Assembly (NCBI GenBank): GCA_977020255.1
Contig: CDROCS010003139.1
Location: 248,001-312,000 of the forward strand
Length of the DNA: 64,000 nucleotides
From: Obrimoposthia wandeli
Lineage: Eukaryota
Reading direction: 5' to 3'
A program made the translations under genes and the position numbers. How positions within the stretch are numbered: position 1 is the first letter of the stretch; every line of letters starts with the position of its first letter. The notes below the pieces were generated by a model that was not told the origin of the DNA, did not search any database, and saw only the letters and a program-made list of their open reading frames with translations. Below, in pieces: positions 13,701-28,700 of this stretch.

Positions 13701-16700
13701 ATTGGAGGTAATATATTCGGAGTTTGTAAATGTCTTAAACCGTTTGACCTATATAACTCACATGATTGAGAAAAATACACTGTTTTTCCAATAATACTGC
13801 TACAAAATCGTCTGCGATTGAAGTTGTACTTGCTAGAATATCTTATTAGTTTGCAGTCATTGTTGTTAAACCATTGACAAATGCGTTTTTGCAAGTACTC
13901 AGTAGTCTTTCCGAATATAGTGTATACTTTTAACTTTTGAAATCTCGAGCAAACTTATTAGTTATCAAATTAAGTTTCCTTGACTTTTCTTTATGAGTTA
14001 GTAATAATTTTTTAACCTTTGAATAAGATGGACATTGATGAACAGAAGCCACTAGAAGATCATCAAATTTGTAAAGCACATTTGGAAGGTATGTTAAATT
14101 AATCTCAATCAAATAATCAGCGTTTGATGAATCAGTATCAACAGCAAGCAAATATGTGATCAAGTTATTTAACTTTTTCACATAAAACACTCACATGAAG
14201 TTGGCAGGAGGTAGAAGTTGAGTAAGCGCCCACCCATACATGTTATTCATGACGATGTACAGAATCTCTGTGGATGGATTTTTGATAACATTATGCTTGT
14301 TGACAAAATTCAATCCACTACGAATACTATGGTCATATATTCGATACATCGCCGGATCTTGCAGTAACTTGACATTAATTTTAAGAGTTTTATTTCACTT
14401 GAATGTGTTGAGGTCCAAAAACAAACCTTTAATTAAAATGTGTTAATTAAAATAAATATATATTTATAGTCATGGCCAAGAATATGTTAGATTAGGGGAA
14501 TTGAAAATGGGATAAAAAATGTATATAATAATTTTAACCTTAAAATCAAAGGTCAACATGAATTTAAAATGGGAAACAAAAAAAAAGATTTTTTTGAAAA
14601 CAATTAAAAAAGTTAAATAAATTAAGACCTGGAAGAGGCCATAAAGGTATGTGTATATAAGGAACAAACAATGTACAAAAAGGTCCAAAAGAAGATAAAC
14701 TAGAAAAAGTACTAATCGAGAAAAAGAAGAGTAATTTTAAATTAATTGAAAAAAGCCATTAGCGAGAGCAGTGAATTTCCTCGAGAAGAAGAAAAAATAA
14801 TTTTGTTATTAGGTGGGAATTAACCACCTGCAGGAATCGATGAAACCAAATCCATTAGTCGCAGGGTTAAAATCCATTTATTAAATTTGAAACGGGACGT
14901 GCACTCAGAATTCAATTTGCAACGGGATGTGCAGTCAGGAAAACCACTCAGCGATCGTGGAATAATCCAGGTGAGATTTAATATATATGGAAAATTTACT
15001 TTAACAAATTGCAGAAAAATATCAGAATTAGAGTTACAGTTACAGATAAAAGTTATTTGAATTTGAACAAAGTTATTTGAAATTGAACAAAGTTATTTTA
15101 ATTGGAGAATTCGGAACTGCAAATCGAACAGGCGATGCTGAACGGAACTAAAAGTTTAGAGTTACAAATCGCACAAAGAAATTGGAATTGGTGAGTAAAA
15201 TTACATTTTGAATTGAAAAGCTATCGAGTAAATAATTCTTGAAATAAAAGTAAAATCTTAAACTAGTAACTAATTGATTTACGCTGATTGTAAAAGTATA
15301 ATTGTAAAAGTAAAATTACCATAATATTTAATAAGTGTAAAGATATTATACTATAGTAAATAGTTAGATAGACAGATAGTAAAGCATGCGGAATAAGTTT
15401 AATGGTAATCATAGCAGGAGGCATATAAAAATATATGCATAGAAAAGGGTCAACCCTATTGTGTATTTCTGTAGTAAGTTTAGGAAATTCTAAGTGTGCT
15501 AAGTTAAATAAAGTTATTTTAGCGAAATCGATAGAAGATTCATTCCGAATTAACTTCCCTTTGAAATTTGTGTTCCCCAAACATATAGATTATCCGAGGG
15601 ACTAGCCACGAGACAATATTTCACGTGTTGACAGATTCAGAGGGGTATTGTCTACGTCGATTGGTTCCGGCTCTGTTTCATTGATATTCGGTCTCGGTGT
15701 TGCCAGACCCTTCCGACATAAAAAGCTAACTCAGCTGATACGTGATCCACCTTACGTACATCACACCACACTGGTTTTGGGGTCTACTAGCTATTATGTG
15801 ATAACAATTCCTTGAACACACAGCAAGACAATAAGACACAAAACCTTCAGATTTCAGACTAGAATTAAGTAAGAAAAGAACAGGTAGGCCACATCCAGCT
15901 GTAAGCCCTATCGATACAGAACTCACGTTGGAGGCCTCCATACGAGGATCTAATCGAATAGTTTCAATTAGAAACCCCAACAAATATATTATGTGTGAGT
16001 TAAATAAATGAAAAATTAAATTACAAAAGAATTAACTAAAAGTACGAGAGTTAATTAACTTTCATAAAGTATGAATTGAGTTGATTAACCTCATGTGACC
16101 TGGGCTGACTATATTAGTTTGAGCCACGGGATACACCACACCAGCAGTGGATTTGTCCCGCGGAGCAACTTAGAGTTTTGTAGGTTAGCGAATTCTGTGG
16201 TTAAAATTGTCACATACAGTAGAAACCAGAGAGACAGAAAATCTCAAGACACCCCATGAAGTAGCAGTTAGCAGCTGCCAATAAGAAGCAAGGAAACACT
16301 CCGAAAATAAGCAGATAACTGCAGATAAATAATACATACATTTATACAACTTCATTCTGAATAAATCCCAACAAACAGCGATGTCAAGAAAATTGACTGT
16401 CTGAACGAATTACTAACAAGTACAAATTTCGACCACTTCATTCCGATCGACGTCAAGCACCAATGAACTCCGTAAAACACTGGAAAGTGTTCATGGACGA
16501 CAGTAGCGATTTCTCAGAATCATAAAGGAAACAGCGAAGGCGCTATCTACTATCTAGCGACCCTACAGACAAGGGAAAGGTCTTGTGCGTTGTATAGCGG
16601 GGAAAGAAGACCCTGTTGAGCGTGATATATTAACTAAATTTCCTGTTTATAAAATTAAATTAACTATTAAAATACTCAACGAGAGCACTAAGAAATTTCC

Positions 16701-19700
16701 AATCTGTCACAGTCCTAAAACCATTATAAAATCCCGGACTCGTAGCGGATTTATCCTTATTAAAATTATCAATACCCAATCTAATTTTGATAACACAACA
16801 ATAGCATAGATACGTTTTAAAAACTATTTTTGATTTGTGGTTTGTGAAATGGACTATTTCAGTTTGTGAACTTCGAGTTGTGTAATAAACGAATGTTTGA
16901 TTCTCCATTTGGTTTAGTAAATTACATTGAAGTATTTACGACATTGTGTTTTGTAAGTCGTGGTTTTATTCACAAAACCAATTAACCTTCAGATAAGCTT
17001 TAACATGCAAGTCCTAATCAGTTGGAAACTCGCAAACTTCAGGATTTCGTAAGAAGCAAACTGACTCTAGTCCCAACATATGAAAAATCCAGTAAACTAA
17101 AGAAATGCCTATAATTAAACCAATCCCTGCTAACTCTGGATGAGGGGGGATTGCATGTGTTAAAACACCTAGACTCTACTGTTTGCTTAAAACACATTTT
17201 AATAAAGTCTCTTAAAGTCTGTTTTAGTAGCGCTGGTATGGTACAGTCGGTTAACGTAAGGATTTATACATTGTTAACAAGTTTAAGATAAAACCTGTCT
17301 GAAATTTCAGAAACTATTTTAAATTAAATGGTAGGACAAGAATCGCGGTCGCCAGCTCGAATTCCCTTTTGATAGAATTAAAATGTCCTATTCGCTTCAT
17401 CTTCCAATTCTAGTCCATCCCTTTGACCGTTGTATCATTCACCACCAGTAAACTAGTTTGAGTAAATGAAAAGTGCGTGTCTCAGTTCGAAAAAATTCTA
17501 GACATATATAGATATTTACACACATGCACGCTTTAAATGACATAGACTTGCATATCCTGATCTCTCTAGGTGAGGGGTGAATTATACCGAATATATCTAC
17601 CTACTCTGCCAAAGCCTTACTTATCGGATTAAGTGATTGGGTATTAAGTATTAAGTAGAATTCATTTAACATCTTAAATATATTATAATGATTTTATTGA
17701 TCTGTACCTAGTTACAGCTTTAGCTCTTTGCTATATAGAACAGTTAAAACCAAATGTTAGCTATTTCTAATAATGAGAGTGAACTCCTATAAAAATATTT
17801 GAAAATATCGTTATCTTATTTATTTATCTAATGTGTCCTTAATTTTTACATAAGCATATAAACTTAACTATTTATACAACATTTGTGTATTAATTTTAAA
17901 TGAAAAAAAGCAGTAGTATGTTTTTTGACATACTTATGTGGTAATAATGGTTCATTCAAAAAGAATATAATTAATGTATGTTGTAAAATGAATATTTCAA
18001 TGAAAAAACCGCATCTTTTCGTCATCAAAATAATAAATTTTAATAAGTGTTTATGTTCATCGCGAAATCACATCAAATTGAATGTTTTAGAAACTGATAA
18101 ACTTTGACATGTAGTAATCCAAATATAAACCATTGAAAATATTTTCAGAATATTTTCTTTTAATTTAAATTACAAAAAATATTACACTGCTACTGCCATG
18201 CATAACAGACCAAAACGAATAAAATCACGACCTCATTCATCTATTTTTATTGAAATTATTTAAAATATAATTTGGGTAAAAATTTACCGTTAGAAGACTT
18301 ATTTTATCTTCTAGTGCATTGTGGAGAGATAAACTATCGCTGCTTCCGTCGTCAATGTTGTTCAATGTTGCCTGATGATCCATTTGATTGTTATCCTGGA
18401 CATTTTACTACGAATAAAAAAATAGAAGTCATTGATCATAAATAAGTCAGTTCGTTGATACACAAATTTGTTTATTAATTTTCAGAATAAATAAAAATTA
18501 AAATGAAGACAAAGTTAAAGATAATCATTTATCTATTTGAATTTAAATTAATCATTTTATATTTATATTTCACAATAACGGATGTCACAATGTCTTAAGC
18601 AGGTCATAAACTATGTATAGGCAATAACATATTGTATAAATAAAACTTTGTTATTCGAATAACATCGAAATACGTAACTTACTAGTTACATTTTGTAGCT
18701 AATAACTGTTTACTGGTAAAGATAAAAATACAATTTCACTACTTTTAGTTACCGTATTTCTCTGTTTTAAAGCTCTGCTGAACTGAATTTATAATAATTA
18801 TTAATATTTATTATTGTTGTACTTCAAAGTAAAGTTTTTTACCTACGTTCTGAGCTCTGATTGTGTGATTGGGTAGACGAATTGGCTGACCTTTATAAAA
18901 TCAGACATTTTCGGGCTATCTTTTATGGAAATTGCATTGAAATTTTGAGTAAAGAGTAAATACTATTAAATCGACAGCCTTGAAATTGTAAACGATCTAA
19001 AAATTGTATATACCAGAATTTCAGTTATTAATTATGCAGAAGTTGAATGATAACTATCATTTCAGTGCAATTGAAAGTTACTGTCAAGAAATTTTATTGA
19101 ATGCTGAATTTTTATATGAAGACTACGTCTAAGTTATCCAGAGTTGCTATTAAGGAAATGTTAACTGAACAAATTATTAAAGGTCTAGTGTTTCGAGAAA
19201 CTAAATTTCAGCCCTTTCAAATGTTTAATACAAATTTAGATTAAATATATTTGATTATGAAAAGTCAACTTTATTCTGGCCATCTTATAAAAAGTGTGAT
19301 TTTGCACATGGTAAGCTTATTAATGTTTTAATCTATCATTTAAGCTAAAAAAATTAAGACCCTCGTTATTGAAATGCATCAAATGAAATGTTCCTCATTG
19401 TATTCGTTAGTAGACGTCATATTTTCAGCACACATTCAAACTGAAGATGTGTAGGAAATTGTTGTTTGAACTATATAATATATAAGATATAAAAATATTG
19501 TCAAAATATTTATCCAAACATGGATTATAGAAATTTTGGAACGGAAAAATAAGCAATTCAGAACAGATCTTTCTTATTTTTTTCAATCGTTTTAAATGTT
19601 TTAAAACATTTTTATCATAGGCCTGGGTTGGATGATTTGAACAAATATATGGATTTGTGTGTGCAATTGTTTTTTTTAACTCTTTTAATGTAGTCATCTA

Positions 19701-22700
19701 TTTTATTATCAAATGAATGATATGCTGAATGCAAAGAAGCCCAATTGAAATAATAAAAATAATAAGTGGCTTATCGATTAGTGCATTATTAAGGTGAGTT
19801 TTTCTTACAAACATGCATTCTTTGTAAACATGGCTACAAAGAATGGTTCACCTCATACTTTCTGTATAAAACATGATGGTAATTTAAATATATTGATTTA
19901 AAAAAAAAAAAAACTAACTAAAAAATAAATATTTTTTACACTTGAAGAATAATTATTCATTTTGCCTACATTTGAAGGAAAAGAATGTTTCTAAAATGTA
20001 ATCATGGTGTAATTTTGAGTTGAAGTCGTTGGGCTCCGAATGACAAACACATTCGAAATTTGTCAAAAGTGTTTTAATTTCTGAGTTAGGACGCGTTCGA
20101 GGACCAATATATTTTGAAGAACGATAGTGAAAGGGATGTTGAAAAGAGCTCATTTTCGAGTTCCTAAATGTCTATAATCCATAATTGAATAGGTATTCTA
20201 GAAATTTTTAAAATTTAGTTTCTTTTGAATGTGTTTATATATTAAAAAAATATTATCGGTAGGGAGAGCTTTGAGATATTGAGATTTGTTTGCAACATCT
20301 GATAACCCTGATATTTCCGTAAGGAAATGTAATTCAATATATTTTTTAGTTTAAATAAATATTTAGATACACTTTTTTAAAGTTTGAATGTGTGTTGAAT
20401 TTGAATATGAGCTGGAAAATATCACGTGTTCGAAGACCTTCTGTAAGTAAGTACTTGAACTAATCAATGCAAAGTTGGTCATATTGGGACCTTATTTACA
20501 TACAAATACTTTTATTCCTGATAACAATCAAAGTACAGTTTTTCCTCACTTAACGAACTCCCGCATTAGCAAACAAAATAAAAATAGAAAATTAAATAGA
20601 AAAATGCACAAATATAATTAAATTAAAATTTAATTTGAAAGTTGTTTAAATAATCAAAATAGTAAAGATCAGATTTTACAAAAAGAAAATGGATGAACAA
20701 GGTGAACCCAAACGTCCCCGAAAAGCTGTGGTACGCACATAGGTCGATATAAAAACCGAGTTGGTTGGCACAATATAAAAATTCAAGAAGCATCGAGTGC
20801 CGATCATGAAGCAGTAAAGTTGTCCTCAAAAGAATTAGAAACAAATCATCGAAACATATCATTACATGCCATCACGAATCTTTAATGTTGATGAAACTGG
20901 CCTATTTTAGAAGCATAGAAGAATATCAATGCCTGGGTTTAAGGCAGCTTAAGATAGACTAACATTATTGTTAGGAGCTAATGCTTCTAGAGATTTCAAA
21001 TTAAAACCCATGCTTGTGTATCGCGCCGAAAGTCCCAGAGCACTTAAAGGCCTTGATAAAGACTACACTTCCAGTCATATGGAAAGCTAATAAAAAGCAT
21101 GGATTACTGCTTCATTATTCAAAGATTGGTTTTAGAACCACTGACATTCCCTTTCATGTGCTACTTCTTGTAGACAATGTACCTGGACATCCATCATCCT
21201 AACCTATATTATAGTCTTATTTAACTATATTTAACATGTATAAATATTTTTCATGTCAAATCTCATAATTTTAAATTCCTGCTGAATGAACTCCTGCTTA
21301 ACGAACAAGCATTCGGAACGAATTGATTCGTTAAAGTGAGGTTTAACTGTATCTTTCTTCGTTAAGTATATAGTATCTGCTGAAATTTGGCATTAATGTC
21401 ACGTACACTGTGAAAGTTATCCTGAAACTGGTCGACATTGTTACATTGCTCCGTTAAAGAATTATTCCTTCCTTCTCCGGAGTTGTTGGGACTGTGACTC
21501 ATTTCAGGGTTGTTACAGTCTGGTTCTTCCGATTTCTGGTATCGAGAAAGACGAAGGAAATGAGCTGTTGACTTTATCTCGATGTTCTACAAAAAACAAT
21601 TCATTTATCGTAATTTAGTTGTATATATTTAGCAATATTGAGTCATATTATAGAAATACTTTAGGCAAGTTTATGAAAACTTTGTTGTAAAAAATGAAGT
21701 GAAAAAATAAAAACTATGAAGACAGTCTAAATTCTTAAATACTATACAATATAATCCCATTATAACAAATCATGTGTAAAATAATGTGTAAAACGAACTT
21801 CCCGTTATAGCAAACTAAGTTACTTATCTTGACAAAAGAACTTCCTAACAAATTAACGATGCTTATAGCAAACCTTCGGTATAACTGTTGAAGTTCAGCA
21901 AATGAAAAGTTGAATTAAATAATTAAATAAAGCAAACTATATTTACAGTCCTACCCAAGGATATATTAAAGATAAAATAAAACGAAAATGCTAAAATTAA
22001 ACCCAGTAAAGACCCATAAACGATTTTGAAGGATTAATTAACCTTGATGACTGTATTGATGGTCATTGGCCAACTGAATTTAGAAAAAGGAAGAACAATA
22101 AAGAATCAAACAAAACTACTGACAAAAGTAGAAGGTGGGACTATGAGAATTGCCTATCGAGAAGGATGAGCAAGATTGATTGAAAGGAATTAATTGGAGA
22201 CGATAGAGGATATTCATGAAAGGATATTGCCCAAGTTAATTTCTAGATGTATATTACCGTTTTTAATTATCGTTAAAATCGCAGACCTGACTCGGACCTA
22301 TTCTTTTATAAAATAAAATAAGCACCCTGCCCACATTGTCTGTAACGGTAACCTGAAGAAGTATATGAATAGGTATATAATTAAAATAGTACTTACGTCA
22401 GTACATTTCACGATTATGAGAATTATGTATTAAAGTGGGTTACGTATTTTTCGGAGTTACGTATTAATAAATTATATGTACCATATGTTTTACCTTTGAT
22501 TAACCTTCATATTTGAGTCACAATCCCATTACATTTAAGAACTCACAAGCTAGAGGTTTCCATAAGAAGTGTAACAACTCTAGCCTGAAAATAATGAACA
22601 ATTCAGTAGGCTACTTGATGGTAACAATTATTAAAAGCAATTTTCATATTATAAAAATCGTTATTATAATATTTTTTCCTCAATCTTTTTAATGCAATTT

Positions 22701-25700
22701 TTTAATAAAATTAGATATAATTAGATATTGTCAAATTTTAAGAATCATAAATATTTAGTTAACAGAAACTACTGAAGTAATATTTGTTCATTAAATTTGG
22801 AGATAAAAACGTTTCCCATAGCGTATTTTGTGATCCGTTTTGAATTTTGCCAAAATATGGAAACTCCAATTGAGTTGAAATATGGTAGAATGATAGAATA
22901 GTAGATGTATGTTGAAGTTGACTTTGAATTGCAGACCAATCGAATAGGATACGAATGAATTCTTTTGACAATAAATGATCTGATTTAAAACTACCTTTAA
23001 GAAATATTTTACTTCCTAGTTTTAATTCTTTGTACCAAAAGTCGTCAAAATCAGAGCTTCCAAATAATGCCATTGTTAGATAAATGAGCTTATCATATAT
23101 TGATGAAATATTTTCTTAACTGCTGAATTTTTGAAAACAGTTGTATAGTATAATGTTTCTTTAATGATTTTAAGTTACAAAACATTATAGGAGGATGTTT
23201 TTTTTTCAAGAGCAGCTTCTGTTTTTATGAAGTATTTTTCATTTTTTCTTTGTATATGTATTGTATTTCAATATAAATATTTCAATTATTGTATATATGA
23301 AATAATAATGAATTATTAACATCATTGAATATATATGGTACAGATGTTTTACATAAAACTAGATATTGGAAAATACATTTTGTAAAGCTATGCCATAAAA
23401 GTGTAAACAACTATCGATGGAAGTGAAATTAAAAGCTGTTTGAAGAGAGTTTAAATGTGGTTTCAAATTAATTAGGTTATGACGGAAAATGTTTTCGTGA
23501 CCCGATGAAAATTAGGCAGGAACTGTTAGCTATGAGTAAGAAGTAGCCAAGAAAAAGATCGACTAGTGCATATACCATGCCTTTGTTTCTGAACTTAAAG
23601 TTCAACTTTTTAATTGGTTTAATTTTGAATGAGCACAGAAACGTCAATAATAATATGAAAACATTTGAAAAGAAGCTAAGAAAATTGGAACTGAGATGAT
23701 TAAAAATTCTACTACGTTTTCATGTTCAATTAAGTGTATTCAAGGCGAAGATGATGAGGACGAGGAAGAAGAACTATAAAAGATCAATGTTGTACTAACA
23801 TCGAAAAGAATGACAGCGAATAAATAATTTTGACTTTTGAAACGTTTTAAATTTCACTTCTTTTATTAGACTTTTTATTAAATTAATATGTTTCCTAAGA
23901 TTCAGTTTGTTTTCTCTGAAAATATGGAGTAACAATAAAAAACAATACATTTATGTAGTTTATTTAGATATTTCAATTCAAAGTTTTTCATAAAATTTTG
24001 CAAAATTATTCATTAACCCCCTTAGGCTGTAAATAGACAACATTTTTTAAATAATTTATTTTTTTACAGTTAGAACCCCATGGGATTGTATATGGATAAA
24101 AATGGTAATGATTTATTAGTCTTTAGAAAACTTTGTTCTAAAATACTCACAATAATACTGGACATATAAAATTTTAAAGGGAGTTGAACATAGAAAACAG
24201 AAAAAATAGTTAGATAAGGATTAATTAGTTTATCTTAAAACAAAATAGCGAACCTTTACTTGGATCTGAAGCTCCTTGATGCGTTTAAGGAGGTCTTTGA
24301 TAGATTGGTTCTGAAAACTGTTGCGGAGAATCAGGTTATGGTTCTCTTCCGCCAGAACAGATACTTTCTTTTGCAGATCTTGGACTATCACGTCTTGTTG
24401 TTCATAATCCTTCATCTTGGACAGATCCTTGGTTAGGATGGTCTTCTCGGCAGTCAGCTGACATACTTGCTCCTTCATGCTGGCATTCTCTTTCATTACC
24501 TCCATCATTCGTGACTTCTTGAACTCCAACTTCTTCTTGATCTATCGTAATTGGTGAAAACTCATTATTTGATTGAATTACTGACTCAGTTTTAGTTCAA
24601 ATTATTGTAGAAAGTATCTTTCATCAAAAATTTGGATAATCTGTTTTAATAAGTTCTATAAAATAAAAATGAATCAAAATACACCTGTTGAGGTTTTCTT
24701 TTAAACTTAGAATACTCGTACGGAGGACCCAGATGTGAGTTCTATGGCGATGGGTTTTTGTGATGTTTTAAAGAGTTGTGTACAGGATAACATAAAAGTC
24801 CCTAAAACTATTCTTGTGTGCTGTGGGGCTAATCATTAGAATTTGATTTTTGATTAAAAAGTAGTTTGGCAAAGCCAAGACTAGAAATAGGAAAAAATAA
24901 GCCGGACTCAATCAGTGTTGACGATAACCCCCTGAATATGTCAGGACTCAGGTTAACGTCTCATTGGTTAATTCTCAGCTTGTAACGTGTTTATAATGGT
25001 ATTCGTAAACCTATCTGAAATCGAGGCTAATCCTTTAAAACGTATACGGTATTTTTGCGTATGTAGGGATTAATATTTTTTATTTAAACGACAAGAGATT
25101 ACACGTTAGAATACACAAGTTCTCCAATGGAGGGTTCTATCAAAATTAATTAATAATTCTCCGATGAAGAATTTACAAATACTATGGCGGTTACCTCTTT
25201 AACGGCGATACTTTTAAACTTTTAAAACCTATTTTCACGTATGAAAATTTTGGTTACTGTTTAATTTCGGATTAACCCTCACTGTGCTATGTATTTAATA
25301 CAGTAATCCTAATCTCGGGACCAATTCAGTAATAAATCATTTGGAAGGTCGTTGTCGGTGTCAATCGGCACAGCATCATATTCTCGTACCCTTCTGCCAA
25401 CGGCTTCGATGGAAATCGATGGGAAATCCCCTGTCTAAAAACGAGTTAACTCGGTTCCCGTCACTGTATGCGTATTTGTCGGGACCGAGTTATCTCGGTT
25501 CCCGCGTATTGAGGGTTAAGATAATTCTACGATTTTTAATAGTTTACTTGTTTCTCAATTTCTCACCAATCTATAGGCCCAGTTTTGATCTGTGCTCACT
25601 TTATTGATCTTCCGTTCCAAGTTTCAGTAATTGGTTTAGATCTGCCGGAAGTTCTGTTACTTGATTTTATCCGACTTTAATTCCAATATTTGAGTTTAGT

Positions 25701-28700
25701 CTGATAATTGCGAATTGGATTTCCAACAGACAAACTCGTCCGCCCCTCAAGAACCCGCTCCAATCTTCCCTGACATCCTTCCACACTTCACCCAGCTTAG
25801 AAACACACTTTCATGACCTTTTCAAGTCCTAATTTTCTGGCTTTAATTTAATTTAAATTTTACAATTTTAAATGAAGTTATTAATCTGGCATAATTAACC
25901 ATTTTAATAATTTTTATTTATATTTCCTAATTCCTAACAGTAGGGGATATGTGTATTTCAGGATAAAGCCCCCACCCACTTATTATAATAAATGATTAAC
26001 TTCTTGTGATGTGTTACAAATTCATATGTTAATTCTCTTCGTCAAATTCTTAATTAATTTGCCAAAAATATAATTAACTTTCAATTTGTAGTCCCTTTTA
26101 AACTCATTCGTCACATGTGCTCTTTTTATGCCTCTCGCCTCAATGTAATGCAGAAAAACATTAGTTTGTGTAAACTTGATTTCATGATGTAAAAATCTAA
26201 ATTTGCATCTAGTCTTAAGTACATCTGTAACAAACGAGAATGTACAACATAATATTTTTTTGAATGATGTATCATAAGTAATTTAGGTGTTTTGCTACCT
26301 ATATGGTATTTCTTCCTATGAGACAATGCAAGCTCATTCAATTTATAGTGTAAATGATTCGGGATGGATATGTCTACTTCCTATAAATAAGCGTAGTTAC
26401 TGCAGCTAAAGTCTACAATGCGAGTTCAGAGATTATAGTAGCTAATAAAAATTAGTAATGACAAATTAATAGGTTCGCCTATAAGATTATTTGTTCGGTA
26501 TATAACATCAATGAAAGGATTTTTTAAATATCCTTATCACTGGGGATACAACCGAACGAATTATAGGTAAACACATTAATTTACATTCTAGGGTTTTGCC
26601 CCTAAGAACGCGGAATGTTGGAAAACCACATAGGCATATCCGCTGTATCACAATTGAGCTCAGTGAAAAACGGGTCATACTGGCTCGGTCTTTTATGAAA
26701 TGAGAAAATATCCTCAAAAAGAATTGCCAAAATGATATAAAGAAAACAACAGTTATCTGTATTCTGTACATTAACCACTGCTCGTAAATACCTTTACGTT
26801 GGATTGTACGAACTACCCTGGCACTATTTGATTATTTTCGTTTTAGTGACAATAAAACCTATCTCAAGAAAACGAGCAATCTGCGAATTACTCGGATTCT
26901 GAGAGTATGTCTCAATCGTCTTTGATTCCATCTCCTATGAAACTATTAGAGAACGATATCACTTGATCGGAAATGTTCCAATTTCGAGTCTTCCTCTCAT
27001 TTTTAAACTTCACTAGGACACTGAATTGAATTTTACAAGTATTAAAAACGGCTCCGTACCAACTGCAACTCACCTAGAAGTACACAAGGCACTTCTAATT
27101 CCACCATATTCGAGGCTGAAACGTCGAGCGTTACAATCTCTGTATTGCCTCTTAACCCCACATGACGCCTAACATACTCACCGGTTTTAATAGATTTTGT
27201 AGCAGAGATACGAGAAGTGAGCATATCACTTCTCTTCCGGGTAGATGTTAACTTACTTTTTGAATTAATGGGGGTCATACCAGCTGCAATTAGGACTGGA
27301 CTAGCCGTCGATGTTGATGAAACAGCGACAGGAACAGCATCAGGCATAATGGTGGCGACAGGCGTAGTGTTGATAGGCGCAATGGTGACAGAGGTGACAG
27401 CAAGAACTCGACAATGAGGCACAGTAAATGCAGCAGCAGGCATAGGAGTGCTCACAGCGGCAGATGCAGGAGAAGCGACTGAAGTAACATACGATATGCT
27501 ACTTTAAGGTGTCTCTCGAAAGATAACCTTCTTACCACGTTGCTGGAAATGGCGATATCTCACCACAAACTCTTTCCAATAAATGTCCTCATGCTGTGCA
27601 GACATAGAACAGCTCCCCATTGAATATTTGTAGAAAGTAGTCTTGTTTTTTCTTATCATACTTAACGTGACTATCTTCAAAACATAGATTACGGTTCATG
27701 TTGCAATTTAAATAATTCAAACTAGTTGCAAAGCAATTCCCATCATATTCCTCCAAAACAAAAAAAAATAATTTAGATACATCACAACAACTTTTTATTT
27801 CTTCAGTTATTTCTTTTATCTGGAAATAACTATTCTCATCAACTAGTTTTAGCCGATGGTAATGCTTTATAAAATATCTATTTATTTTTCTAGATTTTCT
27901 TCCTATTATACTCCATATAGGTTGCATTTTAAAAACATAATGCCAGGGAATAAAATATTATCCACATTCATTATGCATAACTTCTTCATAATCTGATTCT
28001 TGTAATAAAAGAGTGCTCCTGTTGGGATAGCATGAGAAACAAAATTACCTTTTTTAATAGGATAACATGCATTTTGCTTTTCTAATCCAATTCAATGTCC
28101 GATAAGTACAGATGGTGCAACCTTTACTCTACGTACCAGTAACTTTGTTTCTGTAATGTGAATTGCTGGTGTAATCGAATCAGTGCAAACACTATAACTT
28201 ACCGGATTTATTTTCATTAGAATATGTGCACTGACAGCTGGTAAAATATACTTTGGCTGCTTAAAAATATCCAAATGGAGACTTCCCTATAGTGACAATA
28301 CTATAAATTTTGCGATCCAAAATTTTCTCTTATCATCAAACCCAATTGTAACAAGATTAAACAATTTCTTATCATTACCGTAATTCAGTAATGTTTCAAT
28401 CATTACTTTATGGGTGTAACTAGTATTATTTCCTTCAACATTTACATTATTGAGACTGAGAATCACATCCTTGTAAAGAGTATGAAAGATAAAATTAGCT
28501 GCTTTGATTTTCGTAGCGCCATCCAGTTCACCACCTCTATCCTTTGTAACTTTCAATTTAAAAAGAAATAAGCTATCATTCAAATCAAGATATTTAGTAT
28601 ATACCAAATTAGCTTCACTTAAAGTCCAAAGATGCTGTATTATTCCGTCATCTGCATAATATCCATTAAGCTGTATTGAAATTTTCCATAGTTCTTTGTC

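Larger units (their letters stand above)
11490..14460. mobile_element. Polinton/Maverick (adintovirus-like) fragment, copy A: hexon (+), adenain (+), pPolB (-)
   Basis: Same genes, order and nucleotide similarity as copy B 31.6-34.8 kb; heavily decayed. Confidence 0.88.

Noticed and set aside
15590-17500. LTR-retrotransposon gag/integrase/RNase H remnants
   Set aside because: Only faint partial motifs; too decayed to annotate reliably
18600-20450. Possible decayed intron-containing gene on the plus strand
   Set aside because: Stops in all frames and no recognisable domain
22759-23073. 104-aa minus-strand ORF (DDFWYKELK..)
   Set aside because: No motif or splice-phase support; cannot assign
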